A stretch of 64,000 bases of DNA. Origin: Malacoraja senta (lineage: Eukaryota). The stretch spans positions 13,332,001 to 13,396,000 of the forward strand of contig CM075989.1 of the NCBI GenBank assembly GCA_038087875.1, written 5' to 3'. The translations under genes and the position numbers were made by a program. Shown here piece by piece: positions 37,269-51,590 of the stretch. Under the pieces are notes generated by a model, which did no database searches, was not told where the DNA came from, and was given only the letters and a program-made list of their open reading frames with translations. Numbering within the stretch: position 1 is the stretch's first letter; each line of letters opens with the position of its first letter.

Positions 37269-40200
37269 TGGCATCCCGGATCATCGTAATAAACAGTTTC
37301 CCCATAATCCAGTTTTCATTCTGTACTAGCCCTAAAGGGCAGCAATCTATATAAATTATGGAATTTGTTCTAATTTTGGCTAACATATGCTGTTATTTTG
37401 TTGGTTATTGTCTAAAGTGGACAGTGTCTCATGAATGAAAGGAATCCCCTCTGTAAACAGTCCACGCTGCAGTATGTGATCACTTTCTGGTACCAAGTCA
37501 TCTTTATAGCATGGAAAAAAAAACGTCCTTTGGCCCAACTCATACATGCTGGCCAAGATGTCTATCCCAGCTATCCATCTAAACTATCTCTACCCTACAC
37601 AGGTTTCTACAGCTTTCTCCGACAGTTCATCACCCTGTCTGTGAAAAGGTTGCCCCATACATCCCTTTTAAATCATTCCACTCTCAAAATCTATTCTCTC
37701 CAGTTTTATACTCTACTACACAGTGGAAAGACTGATCATCCCTTATCTAGACTTGGCATGATTTTAAGGTCATCACTCGGCCTGCCATGCTCAACCTATC
37801 CAGCCTCTCAATTTAACCTCCAGTTCCAGTCACGTCCTCACAAATCTTTTCTGCACCTTTTCCATTTTACTGACAATAGACTACAGATTATACTGGGCCC
37901 AATTGATTTACTTTTTTTCCCCAAAATTCTGGAATCCAGTTTAGAATAGGGTCGCTTAGCACTAACTCTTTTCACAAGTTGCACAAGATGTTTCAGTTCA
38001 ATTTCAAAGGTGCTTAAGTGATTAGTGGGTGCCTCACACTGAAGCCCCAGAATCTCACTGAAGCATGTTATTATGTAGGTAGACTGAACACAAGCCTACT
38101 GATGTGTGAGAAGAATGAATCTCAGCCCTTGTTTACCATTCCTCATGCCTCTTTGCAGCCACATCAACCACTGTAAAGGTCTTCTCTTACAGCCAGTCTA
38201 CCCATGGGTCCGTTTTTGGACAATTTCCCCCCATAAAAGGGCATAGCATCTAAATTATTAAATTCATTCATCTTCATCTGAAATTGGACAACTGCAAAAT
38301 ATATTTAAGCTAACCAAGAACAAATCCTAAAGGTTTGTTTGTAAGAGGACTCGAGCTAAACCCCAACATAATGCCCATACCAATGACCCCAACCCAAATC
38401 CATGGCCTGGATCAAATAAAATTAATATACAGCTCTGTATTAATGCATATACAGGACACGTTTTATTTATTTATAGTGATGGATGCCTGGACAGTGCAAC
38501 CAGGGTGATAGTAGTAGATATGATAGTGGCGTTTAAGGGTCTTTTAGATAAGCACGTGGATATGCTGGTAAGAGGGATATGAATACAATGCATGCAGAGA
38601 TTAGTTTATGTTGACATCATGCACAGGCCAGTCATTGTGGGCTAAAGGACCTGTTCCTGTGTTGTATTCTTCTATGACATCCATAGCACCTTGAAATCAG
38701 CATGCACACTTTCACATGCAAAGTAGGACCACTGTTTCATAGACATTATACAGCATAGAAACTTGAAGCCCGACTCGTCAAAGTAATAATCTATGCAAAT
38801 CCTTTTCCCGCGTTTGCCTCATCTCTAAATCTTTCCACTCCATGCACGTGCAAATGTCTATAAATGTTGTAATTATACCTGCCTCTACTGATCCCTTTGG
38901 AAGCTCATTCCAACATCCTGTGGGGTAAAACATGTTCTTCGGGTCTCCCTTCCCTTCTCACTTTAAACCTATGCCCCTTAGTTTTAGAATCCTCTACCAT
39001 GGGGAAAAAAGGCTGTGATCATCTATTTTATCTACATCTCTCAATAATTTTACATAACTCCAAGGTCACCCCTCAAACTCACACATTCCATGAGAAATGA
39101 GCTCCAATTTATTCAAATTCTCCTTATAACTCATGCCCATCACTATCATTGAACAATGAACATAGATCTCTATTCAATAACACTCCCAGGGCCCTGCCAT
39201 TCACTTATGTCCTGACCTGGTTTTAACTTTCCAAAATCTCACTTCACATGTCAGTTAAATTCCATGTGCCAGACCCTTGGCGTATCCAGTTGATCTAAAT
39301 CCTGTCGTAAACTTTGACAATCTTCTTCACTGTCCACTACACCACAAATGTTGGTGTCATCCACCAACTTATTAATCATGCAACCTGCATTCTCTTCCAA
39401 AATCTTTAGTATAAACTAGACCAAGTGGGACCCGTTGGACCCCATTCCTCCAATGTAATATTCCACCACTCATCCATAGCCCCCAACTGCGCAGGCAGTT
39501 GGGGGCTATGTTGGGTTCCCGTTGTGATGCGAGTCACGGCAACCCTCCCCAACTGCCTCGCCATCCCTCTTCCTAACCCATCCTCCTCCATTCCCCCGCC
39601 CTTTCCTTTCCCTTACCCCGTCATCCCTCCCTCCCTCCATCCATAACCCCTCCCCTCCCTACCCCTCTCCTCTTCCTCTATCTCCCTGCTCCCCCACGCC
39701 TCACCTCCCCCACTGAACTCTTCTCCCTCTATCCCCTACTCATCTCCCTCTATCCCCCCCTCCTCACCTCCCCCACTTGCCCCTCCCGCTCCCGTCCCTA
39801 CCCCCTTCTCTCCCTCTATCCCCTGCTCCCCCACTCCTCACCTCCCCCCTAACCCACCCCCCCATAATGAAAATCCTCTCCTCGATCCCAGCCCCCCCAT
39901 GAAAATAGTTTTTTTTGTAAATGAAACCTCTCCCCAAGAATTTGATTAAAACTGAGGGCTTTTTTAAATCGCGATTTTTTTATGTAAATGAGATTTGGGA
40001 TCCCATTTGACGTCATACGCTGCTAACGGGCAGTGCAAGTAGAGTGATTGTCAAAGTGTTTTTTGTAAAGTTTAAAATGTGAATAACTTGTAAAATATAC
40101 CATCAATCTGAACGAAACTTGCCACAGCGCACCACAGGACAATGGTAAGGTGGGCCAATAATTGTAGCGCTATCGTGTTCTGTTTTGGCTCAGTTTCAGG

Positions 40201-40614
40201 ATCACACACACACGCATACAAACAAACAAGACGAGTGTGAGTGTGCGTGTGTGAGCGCGTGATTGAGCGCGGGAGCGAGTGTGTGTGTGAGTGAGTGAGA
40301 TAAGGGATTCAGCACCAATTTCTGCAGGGCACCAATGGTTGTAGTTCTCCAATGTGAAAATCAACCCTCCACTGCCACCCTCTGTCTTCTACCCTGGATC
40401 CCATGTGATCAACCCTTTTGGACCAATTTACCATGTGGGACCTTTTCAAAGACCTCTCTAAAGTTAATGTAAACATGGTCCACCAGGTTGTTCTCATCAA
40501 TCCTCTTGGCTGCCACCTCAAAAAATTGTTAATCTTGGGGTGGAATAGCAAATTGCTGAACACATTTTTCAAAGATACAAGGGGGGGGGGGGTGGTGGGG
40601 GGGTGCGAAGGGGG

Positions 40615-40900
40615 CAGGGGCACAGTGCTGCCTTATAGTGCCAGAGACCCTGGTTCAATCCTGACTACGGGTGTTATCTGTATGGAGTTTGTACATTCTC
40701 CCTGTGCCCACATGGGTTTTCTCTGGGTGCTCCTGTTTCCTTCCACACTCCAAAGACGTACAGGTTTGTTGGTTAGTTGGCGTCAGCAAAATTATAAATT
40801 GTCCCTAGTGTGTAGTATAGCGCTAGTGTACAGGGTGATTGCTGGTTGGCGCGAACTCGGTGGGCCAAAGGGCCTGTTCGTGCTGTATCTCTAAAGTCTA
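40615..40900 (+). mobile_element. tRNA-derived V-SINE (HE1-like)
   Basis: Same head, core and tail as 13049-13350, on the plus strand. Confidence 0.7.
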
Positions 40901-43449
40901 AAAAGCCAAGCTCAGCAAATGATCACTTGTATCAGCAATGTTTAATATTGAGAAAAATACAGAAAAATGCTAGCAAAGCATCACATCTCAGGAACAAAAC
41001 TCCCAATGTGAAGTATTAAAATAATACAATTTAAGGCATGTAATATGATAGATGCCACAGAAATAGGATAAGGTGGAATATCTTGTACTACAACTATAAT
41101 ACCACCAAAGACCTGTTTCCACTGTTGCTTTCGTTAATAAATGTTGAAAACACAGTGGACCATCTTCAAATAATGGAAGTTTAATAATTTCAAACAAATA
41201 GTGTCAATATAATCAGATAATATTTTATTAATCCAAATGAAATATTTAGTGTTGTTACCGCACTAAGCTTACAGATTCATTAAAAGGCGGTCAAGCAAGG
41301 ACAGCAACTTGTTAGATCCTCAAAATAAAATTTGGACTAAGCCAGGCCATCATGCATCTTGATGTGGTTTCAGATCTTCCTGTCATGTGTTGGTGTGGGA
41401 ATATAAATGACTAACTCCAACAAGAAGCAGATAAAATAAACATTTAAATTAAAAGTTTCTCAAATCAAAGTGCCAATACAAATCTTTTTCTGAGCAAAAT
41501 GAATTCTGTAGAACATGTGCTGGTATTTCTAGACGGTCATTAGAAGTTTCATCTATTCTATAAAAGTATAATCTCCACTTGGTGAATGGGTTTCCATATT
41601 TAATGTTTGGATTGCCGTTTAAAATTGCTAACTCAGTGTACCATATTGCTCTGAGCAGAATCATTTTGTTTATCATTTGGGCAAGGAACAGCTAATTTCT
41701 GGACTTTGTCAAAGTTTTATTGTCAATCTGTTATGCAAGTCTCCCACTAAAAGAGGAACTGGGGATTGCAACAGCAACGTTTTCTTAGTTGATGCCAAAA
41801 GTAATTTGTACACAATCCCTTACTGTGATCCCAGGGATACATGAGAAACACAAAGGAGGGAGTGAGGTGGTCAACAACAGGAGGGAATAATCATCCCTCA
41901 TACACGTACCTCCAACAAGATCATGGCCAGTTTCTTCCACACTAACTACCCAACTTTGTTTTGTAACTCACAATATCTACTGCTCAATAATTCATGTGTT
42001 TTTAACTTTGTCAAGAGTAAAAAGTAATTTGAAGTCCTGCAGAACCCCAGCAGGATCTGCGTTAACATAGCCTGAATTCTTGAGCCTCTCCCATTAGAAG
42101 AAACAATTTTCATTTTTCACCTGCATCGTTTGAAGCAGAGCTGGCTTTACCTGCCAGCAGGATACGTTGCTCAGTTTTTTCTTACAGCAATGGTCTTGTA
42201 ACCTTTGGTAATTGAGAGAGAACCTTACTGCTAGGGCCTGGGGATGATAGGGGGAGTAGAAGGAGATTAACTGGATCCACATCCTTTGAATACATTAAAC
42301 ATCTTGGGTAAATTACTCCTTCACTTTCAAACTTTATGGGAATACAGGCCTGGACTGTGCACAGAAATCTCCCAATTGAACTAATTTAGCTGCACTTCCA
42401 CTCTGGTAAATTTGCACTGCACCAATGCTGGTGCTTTGAGAAGTGAACCCAGAATCGTAGATGGAGTCTGAGCAGAACCCTTTAGCTTCACCATCTCTTT
42501 CATCCATTCTAACTCAAGACCAACATTCAATTTCCCAATTATTCTTTGCCTTCACCGAGGAAGGAGATAAGAATTTCAGCAATATCAACAACCTTATTGA
42601 AAAGCAGGCAGTGGAGATTTCATTAGGGTTTACTTACATTCCTCCACTTAAATTACCTTGAGACTGCAGTATTGGTACATCAATAAACACAGGCAATTAT
42701 ACAGATGTGGAAATGGTCCCACTACTCTCCAATAGAGAGAACAATCATTCATCAGCAAATCAGACAGGTTGTTTGGATTAACTGTTTAGTATATTTTAAA
42801 TGCATAGGTTTTGCAAAAATCTGAAAAAAATTGCAATACAACTTTGGGATAAGATCAGGTGCAGCAGTTACATTTTCATTTAAGCACTTGTTCAGGTTTT
42901 AGGTAGAAATATAGCCAACATTACTTCAAAAAAAAGTATTACTTTTTAAAAGTATTTATAGCTTATGTACACACAAACACAGACATTTTGTGCAATCTGC
43001 AGTTATTATGTACAGATACATCTCCATCAGTTTATATTACTCCCGGCTATTTTCCACAGTACAGAAAGATTCACTATAACTGATATAGAAAGGCCAATAC
43101 AACAGGAAGTTAATTTGGGAGAATCATACAAGTACCTCTTTTTCACATAGCAGCAAAGATAATCTGACGGGCAATGGAATTTTGGCTGTGAAACTATCGC
43201 AAACTACAATCTCTGCTCAGAGAACAGAATTTGACATTCTAATAGAAGATTTTTAATTCTGTTACATAACTGAAGTTCACCTTTCTGGTATGCAGGTACT
43301 CCAAGTACAATGGACAGCTCATCCAGTTAAGCTCTCATTGTGAAAATGTTTTGCTTCAGCTGTATATACTGCTAGTTCTTCTAGGCACATGCCCAATGCA
43401 GCCAGATATAACGCTAACAGAGTACAACAAAGTGGAGCAATAAATGCTG

Positions 43450-43635
43450 TTATGTAGCTAAGTCAGCTACACAGAGCTCCAATGAACTGTAGAAGAGAAT
43501 GTAAGCAGCTGAAGACCTCACCGAGGAAGAAGATATCTCCGAAACATCTTGGTCATCGAACTTGAACCAGCGCTGCTTCACTGCATTCTTGCAGTATGCT
43601 GTGTAGTGCCCTCCATCTAGTCCTCCATAATGGTT
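43450..43635 (-). CDS. USP8: USP8 last coding exon (His box)
   Basis: [61 protein letters not shown]; matches the recalled USP8 C-terminus. Confidence 0.95.
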   Translation of the reverse strand, partial: NHYGGLDGGHYTAYCKNAVKQRWFKFDDQDVSEISSSSVRSSAAYILFYSSLELCVADLAT

Positions 43636-44579
43636 CTATACGAATTAAAACAATTAAATCAATGTGATTAACATCAACCACTTTTCAAAATGACCAACAA
43701 CATCACATGGTTATAGAGCAAAATATTTTTGAAACTTAACAGAATTTGATGTTGAGTTGCAGTTTAGTTTGATTTGACCATTTTGACCGACAGAGCTATG
43801 AGCAAGGCAAAGCCATTAGAGGGCATCTGTAAATCACACAGCCCCAGTCATCCTGCTGGAACGAGGTTTGACCCAGGGAGCATTAGTTTATAGCAAAAAT
43901 ACAAAATGCAGGAGGAACTCAGCAGGTCAGGCAGCATCTATGGAGGAAATGGACAGAATCCAATGTTCATAGTTGGGTTGTGGACTATGAGGTGATGTTC
44001 TTCCAGTTTGCATGTGACCTAACTATGGATATATCTTAGTTACGGGGAAAGTTTGGATAGACTGCGCTTGTTTCCTTGCCTTCCATCACAGTGAAGAATG
44101 CTGTGGTGGATGTCTGTGTTGAATTATGTTGTGTATTATGTCCTTTTTAAATTGTAACGCTGCATGATAAATTAATTTCACTGCACCTTATGGTGCATGT
44201 GACAAATAAATTTGAACTTGAAGGACACTGGGGTATACAAGGTATGAGAGGTGTACAAGATGAGTCATTTGAGATCTTTCTCCCATGGTAGCTGTATCAC
44301 AGAATAGTTGATGTCTGGTACGTGCTACTAGAGGTTAGAGAATTGGGCACAATCACTATATATAATGGGCATTTAGATCGACACTTAATGGAATTAGAGT
44401 TCGATTAGTGTAAATGGGTGCTTGATGGTTGTTATCGATTAGTGTAATTAGGTGCTATCCTCTCCATCACCTCACAGCGGGTCAGACAGAGATGCTGTCT
44501 GACCCGCTGAGACCCGCTGACCCCCAACCTTTTGTGTCTATCTTCGGTTTAAACCAGCATCTGCAGTTCCTTCCTACAC

Positions 44580-45630
44580 ATGAATATTATAGACTTGGAA
44601 AAGAATGTAGGTAGTATGATTAATACATTTGCAAATTACACCAAAATTAACATTAAAGTGGACAATGAAGAAGGTTGTCTAAGGTTACAACAGGATATTG
44701 AGCAACTGGGAAAGTGGGCAAAGGAATGGTATATGGAATTTACCTCTGACAAGTGCAAAATTATGCATTTTGGGAAGTTGAACCAATGCAAGACATACTC
44801 AATGAATTGTAGGGCCATGAGGAGTGTTTTTTAAGAGAGAAAACTTTGGTTATACTAGCAAACCCTGAAAGTAGCAACATAAGTAAAAAAGGGTGGTGAA
44901 GACGACATATCATATACATGCCTTCGTTAGCTGTGGCATTGAGCACAAGAGTTGGGACATCATTTTACAAATCATTGGTTAGGACCCATTTGGGGAATTG
45001 AGTGCAGTTTTGCTCACCATACTACAGGAAGGGCATGATGAAGCTATGGGGGATGCAGAAAAGATTCACAAGGATGTTGCCTGGATTGGAGGCTTTATTT
45101 TAAAGGAGAGATCGAACAGGCAGGACTGTTTTTCCCAGTGTGAAGGAAGCCGAGAGGTGATGTGATACAAGTATTTAAAATAATGATAGGCACAGATAAA
45201 GTAGATAGCCAATGACCCATTTTCCATGGCAGGGGTGTCTAAAGCTCAAAGGCAAAGGGATCAGGGGGTATGGAGAGAAGGCAGGGATGGGATACCGAGT
45301 TGGATGATCAGCCATGATCATATCAAATGGCGGTGCAGGCTCGAAGGGCCGAATGGCCTACTCCTGCACCTATTTTCCATGTTTCTATGTTTAAGAGGGT
45401 TGGATTAAACGGTATCTTACTGCAACATTTGTAACTCGAATAGTTGGTATCTGGAACAAGCTGCCGGAGTTGGTGGTTGGTATAGGCTGAAACAGTAACA
45501 ACATTTAAGAGGCATTGGGACAGGTATTTGAACGAGCAGGGCATAGAGGGATATGGAATTAGTATGGACAGGCATAATGGTCAGCATCGATGCAGTGGGC
45601 TTAAGGGCCCATTTCTATGCTGTATAACCC
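44580..45630 (+). mobile_element. CR1 LINE 3' fragment, decayed
   Basis: INTFANYTKI...LQQDIEQLGKWAKEWYMEFTSDKCKIMHFGK. Confidence 0.78.
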
Positions 45631-45717
45631 TACGAGAGTCCCTCTTACCTCTACGGGACTTGCCCTAATTTAAGTAGAATGTTAGGCCCGAAATGTAGCA
45701 ATAAAGGAGCTACCTAC

Positions 45718-45850
45718 CGACTCCGCGAATAAATTGTATTTTTTCACATTGTTCTTTGGACCAATCACATAGTTTGACAGCTCCAGATTCTCCAAAGGAA
45801 AGTCGACATTTGTCTGCAACTTCTGTTTCCATCTTCCTTCATAAGAGAAT
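45718..45850 (-). CDS. USP8: USP8 exon
   Basis: FSYEGRWKQKLQTNVDFPLENLELSNYVIGPKNNVKKYNLFAES; canonical ag/gt; 133 nt. Confidence 0.93.
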
Positions 45851-46254
45851 CTGCGGTGAAAACCATGATCGAGATTACAATTAAAACACAAAGTACTTGT
45901 GCTATAACTCCAGATAAGCGTTCAACTAAGAAAAATAAGCCCAAAACCAAAGTATTATCATAATCGTAATTTAATAGCCAAGTATGTTTTGCAACATACG
46001 AGGAATTTGATTTGCCATACAGTCATACCAAAAAAGCAACAAGACACACAACTACATAAACATCCACCACAGCAGCTCCTCCACATTCCTCACTGTGATG
46101 GAAGGCAATAAAGTCTTATCTTCTTTCCTCCTTTTTCTCCCGCGGTCGGGGGAGTTGAACCTTCTGCAGTTGGAGCGATCGAAGCTCCCACATCTGGCGA
46201 TCGGGGCGGTCGAAGCTAGTGTGGTTGGAGCTCCCGAAATCGGTCCATAACTGG

Positions 46255-46970
46255 CCTGACTCATACCTATCTGCAAACTTCTCTCCTCTGCCTTTCTCTC
46301 TCTCACGGACAAAATGAATCGCTAAACTCCCAGTCCTGATGCCTACCGAATTCACCTGTACTCCCCCCACCCCCCCTTCAATTGCTGCAGCTGTGCACTT
46401 CAATACCTGGTTATGCCGCCAAGTATACCAACCCTGAGAAAGACTAGTCCGACATCCTGATAAAATATGCCTCAATGTTGCGTTGCCACCTCTAAACACA
46501 AGGGACACACGGCAGGTCCCCACCTACCCATTGTTTGAGGTTCTGCGGTGATAGCAGCACATCATAAATAACCCTGGTAAGGAAACTTACATGACCCACC
46601 TCCATGCACCACAGGTCCCTCCAGCTAAAACTCCTCTTTACACTTCCCCAGTTCATCCACTGTCCCTGCTTAACCTGAGCTACTGCCCTTACACATCTCA
46701 CGTCTTCCTCCCGACGACGTACCTGCTCGACAACCAATTTCCTCCTCTCAGTTGGACCTGCCTTTCTCCACACTGAGAACCAAGCAGCACAGAACACGCA
46801 GGCAAGCTGGTGTGAAGGAATGTCGACTCAGTACTACGAATATGCACCAGTTACATAATTCCCTCGTTACCAATAATGCTCTGACAGTCTTCATGAAGGC
46901 TTCACAGCCCCTCCAACCCAGTCTTCACCAATCATATGCACATTTCTCAAAGTGGACATTATCATAAGCA
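46255..46970 (-). mobile_element. Hero/R2-group (restriction-like endonuclease) non-LTR retrotransposon fragment
   Basis: QGQWMNW...SWRDLW...IYDVLLSPQNLKQW...C..C...TLRHILSGCRTSLSQGWYTWRHNQVL: a CCHC knuckle followed by the RHN motif. Confidence 0.7.
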
Positions 46971-47094
46971 CAACTTTGGTCAATTTATCCACACATTATA
47001 ACATTGAGTTTGATTTGTATGTCCAACTACACTTAATTTAGAATTGCCCTCCTCCAACCCACATGTGTCAACTTTCTTTTCATTATTTGTCACT

Positions 47095-48338
47095 TTTGAT
47101 ACAAAAGTAGGGTGGTTTTGCAGATAATGAAGATGGTTGTGAAAAACTGCAGTAGGATCTTGATCAATTGGCCAAGTGGGCTGAGGAATGGTTGATGGAA
47201 TTTAATGCAGAAAAATGTGAGGTGTTGCATTTTAGTAAGTCTAACATGGGCAGGACCTACACAGTGAATGGTAGGGCTTTGGGTAGTGTTGTAGAGCAGA
47301 GGGATCTAGGAGTTAGTTGATAATTTCCTGACGATGGATTCGCAGGTAGATCGTGTGGTCATAAAGGCTTCTGGCACATTGGCCTTCATCAGCCAGAATA
47401 TTGAGTATAGAAGGTAGACAAAAGTGCTGGAGAAACTCAGCGGGTGCAGCAGCATCTATGGAACGAAGGAAATAGGCAACGTTTTGGGCCGTAACACTTC
47501 TTCAGACTGATGTAGGGTGGGGGGGGGGGGGGGGTGGGAAGGAGAAAGGAAGAGGAGAAGACAGAGGGCTGAGGGAGAGCTGAGAAGGGGAGGAGACAAT
47601 AAGGGCTACCAGAAATTAGAGAAGTCAATGTTCACTGCCCAAGCAGAATAGAATTGAGTATAGAAGTTGAGAGGTCATTTTGCAGTTGTATAAGACGTTG
47701 GTGAGGCCACATTTATAGTCTGAAGAAGGGTCTCGACCCAAAACGTCACCCATTCCTTCTCCAGAGATGCTGCCTGTCCCGCTGAGTTACTCCAGCATTT
47801 TGTGTCTACCCACATTTATAGTATTGTGTTCAGTTCTGGGCACGGTGTTATAGGAAAGATGTTGTCAAGTTGGAAAGGGTACAGAGAAGATTTACGAGGA
47901 TGTTGCCAGGACAAGAGGGTCTGAGCTCTGGGCAGAGGTTGAGTAGGCTGGGACTCTATTCCTTGGAGCGCAGAAGGATGAGGGGTTATCTTATTGAGGT
48001 GTATATGATCATAAGAGGAATAGATTGGGTAGATGCATAGAGTCTCTTGCCCAGAGTAGGTGAATCGAGGACCAGCGGACATAGGTATAAGGTGAAGGGG
48101 AAAAGATTTAATAGGAATCTGAGAGGTAACTTTTTGGTGGTGGATGTATGGAACAAACTGCCAGAGGAGGTAGTCAAGGCAGGACCTATTCCAACATTTA
48201 AGAAACAGTTTGACAGGTTCATGGCTAGGACAGGTTTGGAGGGATATGGACCAAATGATGGCAGGTGGGGCTACATGTTGGCCGGTATGGGCAAGTTGGG
48301 CCAAAGGGCCTGTTTCCACACTGTATCACTCTATAACT
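47095..48338 (+). mobile_element. CR1 LINE 3' fragment carrying two nested short insertions
   Basis: FADNE-type RT end, EFNAEKCEVLHF and CR1 3' tail; insertions at 47414-47652 and 47720-47809. Confidence 0.8.
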
Positions 48339-48354
48339 TATCAAAGAGCCCTAC

Positions 48355-48497
48355 CGTTTCAGATGCACCAGTAGAATGGGGGGCAGTTTCCAGATCTCTA
48401 GCTTCTTTGTGGAATCGCGGTGAGCCTTACAATTGCTACAATGGAAGCGATTGTTGTCTGTGAGTTTCTCTTCTTTGGAAAATGATTTGAGACAATC
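48355..48497 (-). CDS. USP8: USP8 exon
   Basis: DCLKSFSKEEKLTDNNRFHCSNCKAHRDSTKKLEIWKLPPILLVHLK(R); 143 nt; canonical sites. Confidence 0.93.
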
Positions 48498-49159
48498 CTT
48501 TAAAAGAAAATGTTGATTTTAATTGAAACTAAGCAATCAAATCAGCAATGAGTGACTAAGTATTAGATTGTTGAAAACATCCACCTACGTTTGCAAGAAA
48601 TAATGTGTCTTGACCACTCATTTGTAGCAGCCAGAGAGATGTCAAGTAACCTATTGTGCTCTGAAGGACACTCTGCTGACTAAAAAGAGATGCATACATC
48701 TGTACAAAACACAGGGGAGGAAGGTCATGTAATCAACACCTGGGTCAGTGCCAACTGAGAATATAGTGGACAGCTTTACAGCCCTGAGAACTAACCCATT
48801 ATAAACCATCCCAGTGAACCATCGGGAGAACGAGCTAAATAAATGGATATGTTTATGAAAGGGATAATCTAATATATTGCAAACTAACAAACAACTAATC
48901 TGATAATTAAGGAACCAAATGATTGAAGTAATTGTGGACTGGCATTAGCAGGCCTTTGAAATTGTTAAGGATAAGGATGAATAAAGATTGGGATTGCAGC
49001 TGTGTAAATGGTAATAAAGAGCCAAGTAGTACAAAGAGGTGCCTTACAAGATCACCAGCAGTGAGACTTCGGAAGATGATGACTGTGCGTCAAAAACTCA
49101 GAAGAACGCCTCAAGATCAAAACTAGCCAGGTATACACAGTGGGTAGTGGGTTTGAGCC

Positions 49160-51310
49160 AGAGCTGTACAGCATGAAAACAGGCCCTTCAGCCCAACTTG
49201 TCCATGCCATTTAAGGTGGTATTTAGAGCCTGTCCCATTTGCCTGCATTTGGTCCATATATTCTTCTAAACCTTTCCTACCCATATATTTGTCCATACAT
49301 CTTTGAAAATTGTAATTGCATCTATTCATTATAGCATACTCTGGAAGTTCATTCCAAATACAGACTACCTTCCAAGTGAAAAGTTGCCCCAAAAGTCCCC
49401 ATCTGCATCACGATGTCCTAACTTTTGTATTCAATACGTTTTACTAAGGCAGTAAGATTGCCAAATGCCTTCTTTACCACCTTGCCCATCTGAACCGTCA
49501 CCTTCAAGGAATTATGCACTTGGATCTCTCTATTCCACAACACTCTCCAGGGCACTGTGCTGGGCCAGGATAACATCTACTTCATCGATCCAATGCCACT
49601 AAGACACCAAGCTATAAAGTGAGAATACAAGAACTTGCTTATCTCCGTAGGCCAAGATTGGAGTTCTCAGAAATGTGGAAATGTGGAATGTGGTGACTGC
49701 GTGCTGTTCCAGAAGAGGATCTATTGTACTCATGTATGGTATGATTTGCCTGGATAGCATGCGGAACAAGCATTCCACTGTATCTCTGTACATGACAATA
49801 AATAAACCAAACCAAATATTTACTGTACAAGTCCTGTCTTGGTTTGACATAAAGTGCAACACCTTATACTTGTTTTATTTGCCATTCCTTTGCCCACCTC
49901 TCAAAAAGATTTTTTGCAAATATGTGCAAGTTTATGAGTATTGTTTTGACACAATAGAAATTGTATGTTTCAGTATAAAAAAGATTTTGTCAAAGATCAA
50001 ACACTCTATATGAATGGCAGAATGGGTTTGAGAGCTAAACGGCCTACAATTTCTGATGCATTGTTGTAGACTGCACCATATTAGTGTCACCTGCAATTTT
50101 ACTAACAATGTTCACCACATTATCATCCAAATTGTTAATGTAGATAACAAACAGTGGACCCAGCACTGACCTTTGCAGCACACTATTGGTCACAGGCCTC
50201 CAACTAGCACAACAATGCTCCACAACTACTTTTTGACTCCTGCATCCAAGCTTACTTTGAAATCAATTGGCTGCCTCTCCTGGATTCCTCGTGATTCCAA
50301 ACTAGCCTACCATGCGGGACTATGTCAAAGGCCTTGCTAAAGTCCATATAGTCAACGACTGCTGCCCTGATCAATCCTATTGGTGAACTCTTCAAAAACC
50401 ATGTCAGATTTGTGAGTCAAGATTTCCCACACACAAAGCCATGCTGGCATACTCGTATCCGTCCCCATCTATCCAAGTGCCAGCACACACTGCCCCATAG
50501 AATTTCATTCAACAATTGTCCCATCACTGACGCCAGGCTCACCCAACTTTAATAATGTCCAGTCTTTTTCAGTCCACTCCACCCTTTCAAAGTTCATCTG
50601 TGGCTAAAGATAATGCATACATCTATGCAAGGGCCTCCGCGATTTCTTCTCAACCTTATAGGAAGGTCTGAGGATATGTTTGGTCAGGCTCTGGCGATTT
50701 AACCATCTTAATGCACTTTAAAGCTACCAATACCTCCCCTTTGGTAATTCATATATGAGCTAAGGCATCACAATTCTATGCCACAATTTCTTAGCGACCT
50801 GATGCTTGAGCAAATACGGATGAGAAATATTAATATAATATCTCCCCCATATCTTGTGGCACTACACAAAGACAATTATATTGCTCTTTAGGGCACCTAT
50901 TCTTGGTCACCCTTTTAATATACCTGTAGAATCTCTCAGGATTTTCCATTACTTTGTCCACCTGATTAATTTCATGTTCTCCTTTAATCCTCCGATTGCC
51001 TCACGTGTACTCCCGTCCCACTTGTGACCATGTCCCTATCGTTTTTAACATCTTGGGCCAACAGGCAAAGTTTTCTACTACCTACCCTATTCATGGTGCT
51101 CCTAATTTTATACACCTCTCTACTAGGTCTGCTGCTCAGGTTACTCTGCTCCAAGGAAAGCAAACCTACCCTTCCCAATGTCTCCTCACAATTGAAACAC
51201 TCCATCCCAAACAACATCCCGATGATCGCACTCTGCCACGTCTCCACTGCACGTTTTCCCTATCGTGTGGTGGCTAGAAATATACGCTGTACATTAAATG
51301 TGGCCTCAAG
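49160..51310 (-). mobile_element. Cluster of decayed CR1 LINE fragments
   Basis: Minus-strand MDFSKAFD-like motif near 50330 and CR1 3' tail near 49160-49400; boundaries approximate. Confidence 0.62.
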
Positions 51311-51590
51311 GTGCAGTCCCACTCCCATTGATTCAATGGAACGTTTGACAAAATGTCTCGCCTTTATCTATATCCAAAAAAAAGAGTAATGGCAGACAAC
51401 TCAGTTGGAGGAGGCACCACCAATGAACCTACTCATGGCTGCTTTTCATCAGAGATCCCCAAACAGCAAACCAGGAGCAGAAATTTGTACTCATTGCTCT
51501 CTTGCTCCACCAATCATGAGCCCCATCCTGAATAAAACAAGTTTACAAACCACAAATAACCGTTACCTACAAAACTTAGGTAAGTTTTAC

